A DNA stretch of 64,000 nucleotides from positions 29,760,001-29,824,000 of the forward strand of contig OX597830.1 of NCBI GenBank assembly GCA_951406725.2, given 5' to 3'. The notes below the pieces were generated by a model. That model was not told the origin of the DNA and did not search any database. It was given only the letters and a program-made list of their open reading frames with translations. Position numbers and translations under genes: made by a program. Position 1 is the first letter of the stretch, and the number at the start of each line of letters is the position of its first letter. The DNA comes from Octopus vulgaris (lineage: Eukaryota). Positions 13,253-28,074 of this stretch are shown in pieces.

Positions 13253-13585
13253 GTTGCATGGCTCAGTGGTTAGAGCGTCGAGCTTACGATCATGAAGTTG
13301 TGAATTCGAATCCTGGACTGGGCTGCGTGTTGTGTTCTTGAGCAAGACACTTTATTTTACGTTGCTCCAGGTCACTCAGCTGTAAAAATAAGTTGAGACA
13401 TCACTGGTGCTAAGCTGTATCGGCCTTTGCCTTTCCCTTGGATAACACTGGTGGCGTGGAGAGAGGAGGCCGGTATGCATGGGCGACTACTGGTCTTTCA
13501 TAAACAACCTTGCCCGGACTTGTGCCTGGGAGGGTAAATTTCTAGGTGCAATCCCATGGTCAGTCATGACCGAAGCGGGTTTCAG
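13253..13585 (+). mobile_element. SINE family D (tRNA-derived head, CORE-like TTGTGTTCTTGAGCAAGACACTT)
   Basis: TGGCTCAGTGGTTAGAGC A-box, TTCGAATCC B-box. Same head as 57911. Followed by (TATG)n. Confidence 0.85.
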
Positions 13586-13955
13586 CATGTATGCATGTAT
13601 GTATTATGTATGTATGAATTTATGTATGTATGTATGTATGTATGTATGTATGTATGTATGTATGTATGTATGTATGTATGTATGTATGTATGTATGTATG
13701 TATGTATGTATGTATGTGTGTGTGTATGTAAGTGTGTATATATATATATATGTATGTATGTATGTTGACACTCCAAATGAAATTTTGCGAGAGAAACCTA
13801 AAATCGAAACATTACAAAATGTACTATACATGTGTGCATGTGCATTTGTTCGTGTGCCTGTGCCTGTGTGCGTACGCGCCACGTCCATGGACGTGCAACT
13901 TTTTAAGCGTTTCCACCGCTATATATATCTATATATATATATTACTTCCTAATAT

Positions 13956-13989
<34 letters not shown>

Positions 13990-13990
<1 letters not shown>

Positions 13991-14325
13991 TTAACTCTGC
14001 CTTCGCATTAGCGAAGGCATTTTTTTCAGTGGTGTTTATTTGTTTGTCCGCGGACAAGATATCTCAAGAAATGTTGGATGGATTAAGATGAAACTTTCAG
14101 GGATATTTGATCTCGTGACTGGCACGAACTGATTCAATTTGGGGATCGATCCGCTTCGGGACAAGGATTCTGGATTATTTTTCCTGTTTTTTTTACTTAA
14201 TTTTTGAGAGCGGTCGGGTTCATTTTCAGTATTCTCACATGAGAGAACGGTCAAGTTTATTTCAGATATTCTCATTTTAAAAATCATCTCTAGCTAATCG
14301 TAGAGAGGACGTTTTGTGTTGTCCT
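13990..14325 (+). mobile_element. Helentron-associated (HINE/DINE-1-like) non-autonomous element
   Basis: Subterminal hairpin TGCCTTCGC-ATTA-GCGAAGGCA, then TTTGTTTGTC, GATATCTCAAGAA, GGATT..ATGAAACTTT and GGGGATCGATCC motifs typical of this class. 3' end not resolved. Confidence 0.55.
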
Positions 14326-14330
14326 GTTTA

Positions 14331-14575
14331 TATTCTTTTACCTCTTTCAGTTATTTGATTGCGGCCATGCTGGAGAAGCACCTTGTAATATTTTAGCCGA
14401 ACAAATGGAAATGAAGACTTATTTTTTAAGCCTAGTACTTACTTTGCTGAACCGCTAATATACGGAAAGGTAAAGACACCACAACGGATGCCAAGAGGTG
14501 ATAGGGAAGCATACACATGGCATACACACACACACACACAAACACGCACATTCACACACACACAAACACGCACAT

Positions 14576-14607
<32 letters not shown>

Positions 14608-14710
14608 CACTTTGGTTGGCCCGAGGCTTTTGTAGGAGACACCTACCTCCAGGTGCCACGCAGTGGGACTGAAACCTTAAACATTTAGTTGGGAAGCACC
14701 ATTCTTACCA
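14331..14710 (-). mobile_element. SINE family B, degenerate
   Basis: Reverse complement of family B, with an internal (CA)n tract. Confidence 0.75.
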
Positions 14711-15113
14711 AGTACGTCAGTGAATAATTGTATTTCTGTTTCCGTTTGTATGTGTGTCGGTGTGTGTTCATGTATTTATATCTACATCTATATTTACATT
14801 GATGCATATATGAATGATTAAAACGAGAACTTCCGTAGAACATCAGCAATATTCGTTACCTTTTAATGAATATAGAAAAGGTAATTCTTGTTTTATAGAC
14901 ATTCACCGCCATTTCTAGATCCCAACACGTAAATACGCACAAACAAGCGCACGCACGCACACGCACGCACACGCATTTTGTGTATGACTAGGCGTGTGCA
15001 TGGTTCATGTGTTCACACCTGTATATACACAGACGCACAGATATACACAGACATATATATGTATATATATACATGCACAAAAGACAAACACAAATAAACA
15101 TATATATTTATAC

Positions 15114-15145
<32 letters not shown>

Positions 15146-15208
15146 AGAATATTGCAAATATCCATATGTATATGTGCGCACGCCCACACAAACGCATACA
15201 AGCGTACA

Positions 15209-15239
<31 letters not shown>

Positions 15240-15403
15240 GATGCGTATTTGTACATACAGATAGGCGTACGTATATTTCTGTTTTGGCATATACATATAT
15301 ATAAAGTGAATTGAAACCACAAATTTCAAGCAATTCTCTTCTTGGATAGAAAAACAAAAAGGTGTAAGATGGAAGGCCAGAAGAAGAATGATAAAGAATG
15401 TGA

Positions 15404-15453
<50 letters not shown>

Positions 15454-15623
15454 AACAGACAGACAGAGACGGGGATAAGTTACCTTGCCTGTGAGAGAGA
15501 GGAAAAGTGGGAAAGAAAGGGAAAGAAAATCGGACAGAGAAATAGAGGACATGAGAAAGGCACATACAGAGACAAACACACACACACATCTATATATTCA
15601 TGTATATATATACAGACATATAC

Positions 15624-15664
<41 letters not shown>

Positions 15665-16279
15665 CGAGTATATACACATGTACTTGCATATATTATATAT
15701 ATTTACATGTATAGATATATAATTATATACTGACGTATATATGTATGTGTATACCTAAGATATATATATGCATTTATATATATATATATATATATATACA
15801 TGCGTGTATATATTTATACATATATATGTGTACGTATACACACACACCTATATATATACATACATACATATATATATACATACATATATATATATATACA
15901 TATATACATATACATACATATATACATACATATATATATATACATACATATATATATATACACACACACATAAACATACACATATACATATATAAAGCAT
16001 AAGTCAGTATTTGGGAGATAGTTTGCTCTAATTAGAAGTCTACATCATAGATAAGCAAAAGACGCACACTTGAAGTAATAAAAGTACTCGCAGGATTAAA
16101 ACCAGCCGTGTTCGCATGAGAGGCAAGAAGTTTCCAGAAATCTAGGTTAATTGAGAACAGTAGCTAGGCTGTTTTAGAAATTATAGTCCTACCAATATGG
16201 CTTGTTGTTGTGCGTGCTGGTGTTTGCGTACGCGTATATATTTCTGTTCCTCTTCGAGTGTATGTATAAGTGTGTGTAA

Positions 16280-16311
<32 letters not shown>

Positions 16312-16571
16312 GTGTGTTCGTGTGTGTGTAGGTAGGGACGTTCACGTGAATATAAGTACGTATGTATGTAAATATGAGTGCGTGTGTATACGTGAGTTAA
16401 TGAGCATGTATATGTACATATATGCGTGTGTGTATGTGTGTGTGTCTGTGCGTTTGGGTGTGTGTGTGTGAGTGTGTGCCCATATGTATGTATATATTTC
16501 TGTATATGTACGTTAGTATTTCTATGTATGGACCACACAAACACACCTATATATAAATGTACATGCATGTT

Positions 16572-16604
<33 letters not shown>

Positions 16605-16703
16605 TATATATATTATATATATACATAATTAAATGAATAGGCATATATGTATGTACATAAATACATTCATGTATGGATATTCATATATATAAGCGTGTGT
16701 GTG

Positions 16704-16782
<79 letters not shown>

Positions 16783-16847
16783 CTATATCTATCTATCTAT
16801 CAATATATCTATTTATCTATATCTCTATCCCTCTCTCTCTATCTTTC

Positions 16848-16924
<77 letters not shown>

Positions 16925-17392
16925 TATATGCACGTACTCAGAGTGCGTGTTATGTGCGTCTCTATGCGTCAGCGTACGTTCGTGCATCTCTCCCTGTGTA
17001 TTTGTATGTGACTCTACTCTATGCGTGTGTCTTAACAAAATTTGTGACCGCCAATGAGCGAGTGGAGATATTCATTTGCGTGTCCCTACTTAAACGAGTA
17101 GAAGAGTTAGTTCTTTTAATAAACATGTGAGACGTTTCCTTATAAATGTATTCACATTCGGTGTGATCTGTAATGAGTGCAACTTATCATGAACTGAATC
17201 GATGATTCTTTAAATGGCAGCGGAATCTTAAATGCCCTCGGAATACTGAAGCACAGAGCCTCATGCATAGATGTACACACTCGCTAACGCGCTGACATGC
17301 ATTCATATATTGATACGAACAGCTTCACTCACACAAACATATACACACACCCGCATACACTCACCTAGACTCACACATATATGGATTGCGTG

Positions 17393-17431
<39 letters not shown>

Positions 17432-17544
17432 ACGCGTGTGTTTCTATGTGTATGTTTCCTTTGGTGTGAAGCTATATATGAATTAAATATTTAGCATTAA
17501 ACAATGATCACCCTATAATTTTTTGCAAATTTACTAACCCATAT

Positions 17545-17660
17545 TCATCGAAATTGCGAGGATGATCCGGTTCTTGACTGAAGATTAAAGGCTTCGAATG
17601 ACCCGTCCGTATTTTTTGTATCGTCTATCTGGAGGTTTTGCGTTCTTGTCCCATTTTATA
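17545..17660 (+). mobile_element. Truncated copy of the (TA)n-nested repeat at 23770-24053
   Basis: GCGAGGATGATCCGGTT..GACTGA..GCTTCGAATGACCCGTCC..GTATCGTCTATCTGGA..GCGTTCTTGTCCCATTTT is shared with that copy. Confidence 0.75.
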
Positions 17661-17737
17661 TATATATTATAAATGAATTTCCTCTATTTACATAATATTG
17701 AGGTCTCTTTCTTTCTTTTGTTATCTTACCGTATTTA

Positions 17738-17803
<66 letters not shown>

Positions 17804-17808
<5 letters not shown>

Positions 17809-17960
17809 GAGTTCTTCATCAGAAATATAGAAAAAGTCCAAAGAAGGGAAGACGCAGAAAGAAAATCGCCAACGATACACACGCTGTCACATATTGAAAT
17901 GACCGGAGGGGAATTGGTGAAGAAAAAGTCTTTTCCAAGACAGGAGAGTGCAAGAGAAGG
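17804..17960 (-). mobile_element. Fragment related to the HHR-bearing family at 21443, broken at a (GA)n array
   Basis: Minus strand TTT-CTGATGA-A-GAAC-TCC-GCTC then (TC)n. Shows the canonical CUGAUGA core. Confidence 0.55.
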
Positions 17961-18029
17961 AGGTATGTGCGTGTATGTGTGGGTATGTGCGTACGCGTAG
18001 GCCTGTGTGTGTGCGTAATAATAGCACGT

Positions 18030-18061
<32 letters not shown>

Positions 18062-18338
18062 CACACACAAACACACACATACCTACAAGCGCACGCCACT
18101 TCGTTCCGGAGGTTCAATCCCACTGCGTGGAAATTGGGACAAGGTTTCTCTCTTATCGGCCAAAGTCTTGAGTGGAATGGACAGAATCTGAAAAAACCTC
18201 CTCCAACATATATATATATATATAAATTTAAAATTAAATAAGGGTAGAAATTGATATTAATCAATTAAAACCAGTGGCCTGGCATGTTTTTAAAAATACG
18301 ATTAAAATAATTATTTTCATACACAATTTAGTCCTCTA

Positions 18339-19152
18339 ACTTGCTGTGTTTATACTAATTAATCTACAGCGATATATTTATATATATATATATATATATT
18401 CCAATAATAAATCTCTGAACGAGATATAAACAGTAACCGCTCGACAACGTAAGGGGTATCAGCCATCTGAATGTGGCTAGGCACTGGGGTGGGTGGGTGG
18501 GGTGTTACTGATGCTTTTAGCCCCAGGCGACCAACGTCACCAGAAGGACTTTAGACACTATCTCAGTGTCCTTGTGTTGTTTGTAAAGGGAGGTCATCCT
18601 CCCTCGAAGACCCGGGTAACTACATACGGACTATAAATGTCTGAAAAGAATAATGAATCTCTGAACGAGATATAAACCCCAGTGCCTAGCCACATTCAGA
18701 TGGCTGATACCCCTTACGTTGTCGAGCGGTTACTGTTTATATCTCGTTCAGAGATTTATTATTGTTTTCAGACAGTTTTTCTACATCAGTGACAGTGGTT
18801 ACTGTGAAAAACATTATATATTGTTTGTAAAGGGAATCCTTCATCGAAGGCCGGTGCTTACCATGCGTTGACAAGAGGCAATGACCTCGAAACTATAGTC
18901 CGTATGTAGTACCCGGGTCTTCGAGGGAGGGATGACCTCCCTTTACAAACAACACAAGGACACTGAGATAGTGTCTAAAGTTCTTCTGGTGACGTTGATC
19001 GCCTGGGGCTAAAAGCATCAGTAACACCACCCCCCCCAGTGCCTAGCCACATTCAGATGGCTGATACCCCTTACGTTATATATATTCCGTTGTAGATTAA
19101 TATATATATTTTTTTTTTTCGTTGTAGATTAATTAGTATAAACACAGCAAGT
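18339..19152. repeat. Nested fold-back (inverted-repeat) structure, PLE-pLTR-like
   Basis: Inverted pairs: 18339-18372 vs 19119-19152; 18446-18635 vs 18894-19077; 18402-18490 vs 18676-18764. A partial direct repeat lies at 18650-18677. Confidence 0.9.
18862..18906 (+). ncRNA. Minimal type I hammerhead motif, core degenerate
   Basis: CATGCG-TTGACAA-GAGG CAATGA CCTC-GAAA-CTATAG-TC-CGTATG. Stem I 6 bp (one G.U), stem II 4 bp, palindromic stem III, GUC triplet. The core differs from CTGACGA by two transitions. Confidence 0.65.
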
Positions 19153-19344
19153 CAGATCGAAACGTACCTTATCCAGGCTAATGTATGCAATGGATTTCGA
19201 AAGAGTCGTCTCCTCTCCAACATCAGACACAGAAAAGGATCAGTGTCGTGAACTGACAAAAAGTCAGGTCTCCCTTATTATACTCAAGTCAGCGCCTTAT
19301 GATTGGTTGCGGTAATCGGCTCCTGGGCCTCATTAATGTGTGTA

Positions 19345-19620
19345 TGAGTGTCTGTGCCTCTGTGTGTTTCTGCATTTGTTTTTTGTGTCTGCGTTTTTAT
19401 TTGTCACCCAAAACCACCACCACCTAACAACCGCTGTTGTTGTGTTTTTGTCCTCGTAACTTAACGGTTAATCGGTATCAATGAACATTAGAATCAGTAA
19501 CAAGCTTTAAAAAATTAAAAGCACCGGTGTCGATTCGTTCAAATAAAATTGTTCAAGGCGGAGCCACAGCATGGCCGCAGTATCATGGCTGAAAGTAGAA
19601 GATAAAAGATAACAAAACGA
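19345..19620 (+). mobile_element. SINE family B, degenerate 3' half
   Basis: CGTAACTTAACGGTT..GTCGATTCGTTC..CAGCATGGCCGCAGT..GGCTGAAA. Confidence 0.65.
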
Positions 19621-20147
19621 TAAGTATAATGGTACCCAAAAGCAACTGCTAATTATGAATATTTAGTATGAAGTGACAAGTGGTACATACTGCGCTCTAT
19701 TGTATTGTAAACCAAGTATATTTTCTTTTCTTTTCTTTCTTTATTTTTCTCTCCGCTTTCCGTTTTACATTCGAGTGGCTAAGGAGCCGTGCCTTACAGT
19801 GGCATCTATACCCCTGGCTTAGGTTCTCTCTAACTATGCCTTTTGTCATTTTGGATTTCCGGTGTGAAAAGCCTACCACCTGGTGTTCGACATAAAACAT
19901 CATCAGCTTTCTTTAAGCTATGCCGTATGACATCAGCTCTCCATAAATATTTCATACAGCGCTTGTATATACATATATTTTCTTATTTGTATTAATCATA
20001 TTTACAAATCTACATACATGTAAAAGCACGATTAACCTTTCTTCTTTGATGTCCTCATAAATTGCGCTCATACGTATATAAACGTGCATTCATACACTTG
20101 GTTGTATCAGACAATAGACTGCGACCATACTGGGGCAACGACTTGAA

Positions 20148-20184
<37 letters not shown>

Positions 20185-20226
20185 CATACATATATATATG
20201 CTGGGTTTCTTTCAGTTTCCATCTAA

Positions 20227-20744
<518 letters not shown>

Positions 20745-20786
20745 CATATATATATATAAGCTGGGTTTCTTTCAGTTTCCATCTAA

Positions 20787-21170
20787 CAGGAGTGGCTGTG
20801 TGGTAAGTGGCTTGCTTACCAATCACATGATTCCGGGTTCAGTCCCACTGCGTGGGACCTTGGGCAAGTGTCTTCTGCTACAGCCTCGGGCCGTCCAAAG
20901 CCTTGTGAGTGGATTTGGTAGACGGAAACTGAAAGAAGCCCGTCATATATATGTGTGTGTATGTTTGTGTGTCTGTGTTTGTCCCCCCAATATCGCTTCA
21001 CAACCGATGCAGGTGTGTTTACATCTTCGTAACAATAGCGGTTCGGCAAAAGGGACCGATAGAATAATAACTAGGCTTACAAAGAATAAGTCCTGGGTCG
21101 ATTTGCTCGACTGAAGGTGGTGCTCCAGCATGGCCGCAGTCAAATGACTGAAACAAGTAAACGATTAAAA
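20787..21170 (+). mobile_element. SINE family B, second tandem copy, nested in an older minus-strand family-B copy (20761-20785 plus 21171-21260)
   Basis: Flanks TTCAGTTTCCATCTA and CCACTCACAA are nearly contiguous in minus-strand family-B copies such as 35589. Confidence 0.85.
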
Positions 21171-21377
21171 CCACTCACAACGCTTTGGTCGATCAGAGGC
21201 TATAGTAAAAGTGCCATGCAGTGGAAACATGTAGGTGGGGTGCGAACAAATCTTACCATATACACACACATACTCACTCACACACATATATATACATATA
21301 TATAAACATACATTCATACATATAGATATATATATATTTATATATATGCGTGTGTGTGTTTGTGTGTGCTTGCGTGC

Positions 21378-21430
<53 letters not shown>

Positions 21431-21442
21431 ATTATATATAAT

Positions 21443-21640
21443 AAAAATATAATATTTTTTCCTCTGTCTTCCCTTCTTGGGATCTTTCCTTCTCCTTGTT
21501 TCCGACGAAGAGCTCCGCTCGAAACGTTAAACCCTCCTTCCCTTCTTTCCTGAGCGTCAATAATACTTTAATTGTTCCACGTCCTCGCGTTGCTGTTTTT
21601 TTCTCTTTTTTTCTGTGTTTTCTTGTTTGGATTAACTTTA
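21443..21640 (+). mobile_element. Short PLE-pLTR-like element nested in (TA)n
   Basis: Near-identical inverted copy at 43903-44110 and truncated copy at 33800-33908. (TA)n on both sides. Confidence 0.8.
21498..21532 (+). ncRNA. Minimal type I hammerhead motif
   Basis: GTTT-CCGACGA-A-GAGC TCC GCTC-GAAA-CG-TT-AAAC. Palindromic AACGTT stem III, GUU triplet, U4C core variant. Confidence 0.6.
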
Positions 21641-21672
21641 TATATATATATGTATGTATATGTATGTATATA

Positions 21673-21790
<118 letters not shown>

Positions 21791-21879
21791 TGGTCCCTTT
21801 GAATAAAGTCAATAAACACAATGCCTCTTGCATCTTAAATATCTCAAGCTATCGCTTTCCCTGCTGATGAAACGAACTT

Positions 21880-22340
21880 ATCCTGATTTGGAGCAGGTGA
21901 GGAAGCTTGTCTCTGTGTCTCTGGCTGAAAGAGATGAATCCAACACGCATCCTGTGTTAGGAAATACAGTCAGGCTTTCACTGGTCCGCTTTTGATCAGG
22001 TGTCAAAAGACGTGGCACCCACGGAGGAGAAACCTTCGCCATGCCAAGTTCATTATGCAGAATATTCTCAAGTCTCTCACGGGATATGCTATCAGTATTG
22101 GCTATTTGATTTATTGTCAATCGCCTGTGAACACAATCAATATTTTGCTCAGAGGTGGCAGTTGACGTCCACTCGTTGGGTCGTCTTCAAGATTCTCCCT
22201 TGTCCTCCTAAATTCAGCCACCCACTTATGCGCTGTTGAGAAAGCTGAAGCGTAATCCCCTAATGTAGGAACATGTCGGCACGAATATCGTTGGAGGCTA
22301 AACTTTTTTTCTTTAAGTATTTGATAAAAAGACGATGTAT
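21880..22340 (-). pseudogene. mariner transposase N-terminal remnant
   Basis: ...KWVAEFRRTRENLEDDPTSGR... and ...ILHNELGMAKVSPPWVPRLLTPDQKR (WVPHEL-type linker). Frameshifted. Confidence 0.85.
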
Positions 22341-23622
22341 AACAAAATTTTTGTTTTTTATTTGCTTATTTCCCCAAGCGTTGTTTCCTATTTGCAAACG
22401 TAATGACATCTATTCCCTTCAAACTTTGCTTTTGTGACCTGGACATCAACGTTTAGAAGCTGATCTATTTTCCATTACATTTCAGAGAAATTCAGCGCTG
22501 AGGTACTGAAAAAGAAATATCATTATAGCAAATATTCTGTTGAATACTAGATATTTGCTTGTCAGTTGCTTAACCTTAGCCACTTGAGCATGTCATAAGC
22601 AGGAGTAGTTGGGAAGCATCAAAGCCATGTGCTGAGACGGATTCTTTGGGGTTTGAATAAATGTAACACATGCAAAGTTTAAAGGAAATATTTGCCATTT
22701 TTCATACATTCTACAGGTAAGTAAAATAGGAAATAACAGTTACTACCAAAGGACAAAAATCGTATCAGTGTTATATGTTGGGTTATAGTTGTTACTTTTG
22801 TTAATGTTCACACTGTTAATATTGAACAGTGCGCTGATGAAAAGAGTGTATGCATTTCGTCTATAACCATCACGACCTTGCTTTTCCTGATATCCTACAC
22901 ATAGAACCATATTGTTCAATTTGACATTCGATTTTCAAGTAAGGAAGGTGTGGTGCAAGGGAGGTTATCTTCGCGATTTTAAGCTGGTTTAAATACCATA
23001 TGCCCTGTTATTCTCACATTTTGCCATAGAGATCTTTCTTCGAATTCAGCTGCAAATTGTTTGTTAATAAAATAAAATATATATATAGCATAATGTGAAG
23101 TAACTTTTGAATTAAATCATGACAGAGAAAAAGGAGCTATTTGAAATTAAAGTTAAGAATTTTATGAAAATTAAATAGAATTTTCATTATTGGAGACAAA
23201 AATATACGTAAGTGGATCCCGTTACCTCTCCAATGGACGCAGTGAATTATGATACAATAGTGTTAAAGATATATAGCTTGAATCAATATTCAACAACAGA
23301 ATTAGCTATCTATCGTGAAGTAAAAAAAAAAAAAAAGCAGAATAGGGAAAAACAAATGCATTTCCTTATTTTAGATATATTCATATAAATTAGAAACCTG
23401 TATACAGTTGTTATATATTTGTAGAAAGAAAAACTGGTAAATATTGAGATTTATAAATTAACATGTAACATACTGAAAACGGATATATGTAGACATTAAA
23501 ACTAAGAAAAATCTCCGAGAAACATTAGCATTCATAATTAGATATGCACCAGCTCACCAAGAATATATATATACACATATATAATTAAATACAATCTATT
23601 TGTATCTATACAACGCGTATGA

Positions 23623-23670
<48 letters not shown>

Positions 23671-23769
23671 CACATTATATAATTGAATATAATATTTGTA
23701 TGCATATATATATGTTATACTATATATACTATGTATATATATTTATATAGTGTATTTATATTTGTGTAA

Positions 23770-24047
23770 CATTGTCTGTTTTCCCGTCCTTGTTTTCGTA
23801 TACATTCGATGCTTTCTTCCAAGGAATCTAATGCTCTTAGCTTAGTTTTTCCTTGAGGCTGGCCAGATTGGAGCAATCTCAAGATTAATCAGCCGAAAAT
23901 GCGAGGATGATCCGGTTTTTGACTGAGGATAGAAAGCTTCGAATGACCCGTCCTTGTTTTTTTTTGTATCGTCTATCTGGATGTTTTGTTGTCCCTTTTT
24001 GTGTATCACCTAGTTTTCCGAATGTTTTGCGTTCTTGTCCCATTTTG

Positions 24048-24053
<6 letters not shown>
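23770..24053 (+). mobile_element. Unclassified ~280-bp repeat nested in (TA)n, possibly PLE-pLTR-derived
   Basis: Second copy at 17545-17660. GGCTG...CAGCC-GAAA resembles HHR stem II but no intact core precedes it. Confidence 0.6.
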
Positions 24054-24123
<70 letters not shown>

Positions 24124-24142
24124 AATACAATATTTGAATGAG

Positions 24143-24200
<58 letters not shown>

Positions 24201-24505
24201 TTTTTGTTTATATTCATGCTTAACTACGAACACAGACCTTGATCACATCACCAGTTGTGTTTGATGAAGGAACTGGTGCAATATTGGGTGAAAATTATTC
24301 CACGTATTGACATTGTGTTCCAGAACACAAGTAAGTAAAACTTGGTATGCAAATAAACTGACCGCTCTGTAGAATACTCCGGGATATAAGAGGTACAGAG
24401 TTCAATTCTCCGTAGCAGCTTCTAATGGTATTTACCCGATATTCAAACCTGAATTCACAATTATCCTATGTTTGAAACTGCCTTTGTTTTCTCTGTCTCT
24501 ATACA

Positions 24506-24566
<61 letters not shown>

Positions 24567-24877
24567 TGACGCGTCTGTATGTATAAAAGTGAGACAGTTT
24601 GAAAGCCTGCTACATAGTAGCTAAATACGTTAACGTTAGCATTCGTCATCTTTCATACCAGAAACAATTACCGTATGCATGTATTTAAGTATGTATGATT
24701 CAACGATGAAGAAATCCACATTCTAGCTTGACCACTTATATATTTGATAGAAATGGCCCTCAAGCACGCTTTACAATTTTGTAAACATGTGTGTCATGAA
24801 CCATTGAAGAAAATCGTTAAATAGATGCCTTATATGTTGCGATTTGGAACACACGTTCAATAGTAATCCGTCTGTAC

Positions 24878-25092
24878 AGTGGCAAACTGGTAGAATATTT
24901 ACCGCACAAAATGCTTAGCGGCATTTCTTCCGAATTTACGATCTGAGTCCAAATGCCGCCAGGGTCGATTCTTCTTTTCATTCTTTCGGTGTCGATTATA
25001 TAAGTACCAGTTGAAAACTTGGGATCGTGCAATCCCCTTATCCAGCCTCCCGAAATTGCTGGCCTCTTGCCAAAATTTGAAACCGATAATAA
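24878..25092 (+). mobile_element. SINE family A, older degenerate copy
   Basis: AAATGCTTAGCGGCATTTC..TTTCGGTGTCGAT..TAAGTACCAGTTG..GCCAAAATTTGAAACC. Confidence 0.75.
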
Positions 25093-25839
25093 TTTCTCTT
25101 ATCTTAAAATTATTAAATTTCAGTCCAGACATCCTTCCGGTTATTGTGCTGTCCATTTGCATGACAGCAATATGCATTATAATTTTTTAATTATAAGAGT
25201 CGAATAAGTAATAATACAAATAAGCATTACAAGAATCGCTTTCTAAATCTATGTGCATGTGTGTTTCTTCATGTTGTGTATATAGAGTAAATACCACCAA
25301 ATGAATCTTCATTGTCCGCCAAAATGGACTTTGCTCAACAGACTTCTAATTGAAATACTCACATATTCTTCTTATTATTTATATCTGCGTTCTGCAAAAT
25401 ATACAGTATACGAATTGCAGAATTATACTTTCCCAATACACACGCACACACACAAATATATATATACGAATGTGTGTATGTGTAACGTATGTATATATGT
25501 ATATATATATATATATATATATTTGTATGTATGTATATATATAAAGTATGCACACACGCACACACATACACGCACGCATATATATATATATGCATAAACA
25601 TGCGCATATAGAGATAGATAAATACAGCGGCAGATAGATGGATAGATAGAGACAAAGAGATAGACACAAATAAGTATATAAAATATATGTGACACATATA
25701 GGTGTGCATGTATATAAATGCATATATATGTACGTTTATATGTATACACATATAGAGTATATATATATATACATACATATATATATATATATACTTATAT
25801 ATACATATATATACATATATATACGTATATATAAGTATA

Positions 25840-25871
<32 letters not shown>

Positions 25872-26160
25872 CATATACATATATATGTATATATATATAT
25901 GTATATATGCATATATGTACGTATACGTATATATGCATACATACATGTATATACATGCAAGCAAGCATTTTCATACACACACACATTGTATGTTCTTTTT
26001 TCGTATATAGGTATATAAATCAGTTAGGCTATTGTATATGCATATACGTATAAACTTTCTGTGTTAGTAAACATATCCTTGGGCGGGCTATTACGCATAG
26101 CTCACCCACGCTGTTATGTCGGGGGTGATCGTGTGTTGACTGCCAAATTACATCTCAATC

Positions 26161-26274
<114 letters not shown>

Positions 26275-26305
26275 TATATTTATATATATATACATCTATT
26301 TATAT

Positions 26306-26351
<46 letters not shown>

Positions 26352-26733
26352 ATGTATGTATTTTTATATACATACATAGATGTATATGCTTTATATGGGC
26401 ATATATGTAGAAATATACGCACACGTATATACACATATACTAATACATGCGTACTGGTAAACCCATACACACATACATGCATGCGCGTGTGTATGTGTGT
26501 GTGTGTGTGTATGTGTGTGTGTGTGTGTGTGGTGCATATACATGTAACAGTAATTGAAAACACGAAATTCTGCCTCTCGTTCTTGTTCTCAGATCATTTC
26601 TGCCTTCAGCGCTAAAGCGGACATTGGTATAGGATGAACGACTACGATGGTGAGTGTGTTTCAACACGCATGTATGTTTATACTTGAACCTGTATGTATG
26701 TGTGTGTGTGTGAATGAGTGAGTGAGTGTGTGC

Positions 26734-26777
<44 letters not shown>

Positions 26778-26934
26778 GGCAGACAAACAGAGAATGAGCT
26801 GACGATAGAAATATATAAAGACACAGACAGAATATAAGAACAAAAAAAAAACAAAAAAACAGTGAAAGTAAACAGAGCGTGGTGTGAGACATACAGCGAA
26901 TATGAAGAAGCAGAGAACGAAAGAGTGAGAAAGC

Positions 26935-27003
<69 letters not shown>

Positions 27004-27390
27004 CGATAGATGTATAAGTAGCAAGGGAAGGAGAAATAAATGAGGAAAGACTAATATAAAAGGAAATGTTGAGGGAACGATAGATAAAGAAAGAACTGGT
27101 ATTAAGCGAAATGTGAGGGGCAGGGCCAGATGGAGGAGAGAAGAAAAAGGAAGTGAAGGAGCTGAAGCTGTACATTCACTGAGGTATTGAGTTTCCGTTA
27201 GCAAGTGTGAGAGCATCTGTTAACATTGAGGTTAATCTACTCGTGAGTATTGGTGGTATGTAATTCTGTATATAAGTATGTATTCGCGTTGCTAAATCTC
27301 TTTGCTGAAAGGATATCTGTGGTTCTGTGGAATGAAATTGTGTATGCAGTTGTATGTCCAATGTATATTTATGTATGTGTGTATATAAAC

Positions 27391-27467
<77 letters not shown>

Positions 27468-27605
27468 ATATAGAAATCCAGGGAGTAAATGCGTGAAAGA
27501 TACAGCCGAATAGGATATATATATATATGTATGTGTGTGTGTGTGTGTGTTTATATATATATATATATATATATATATGTTTATATATGTGTGTATATAT
27601 GTGTG

Positions 27606-27651
<46 letters not shown>

Positions 27652-27727
27652 CAATATATATATATATATACACATACATACATACATAAGACATATATAC
27701 AGATATATATTGATAGATAGATGGATG

Positions 27728-27823
<96 letters not shown>

Positions 27824-27824
27824 T

Positions 27825-27925
<101 letters not shown>

Positions 27926-28025
27926 AAAAAGAGAGAGATGTAGGATAGAGATATAAAAATGATTATTAACACAGTTATGTCTATATGTTTATGTGTGCAT
28001 ACTTTTATCAACGTCAATATGTAAG

Positions 28026-28074
<49 letters not shown>

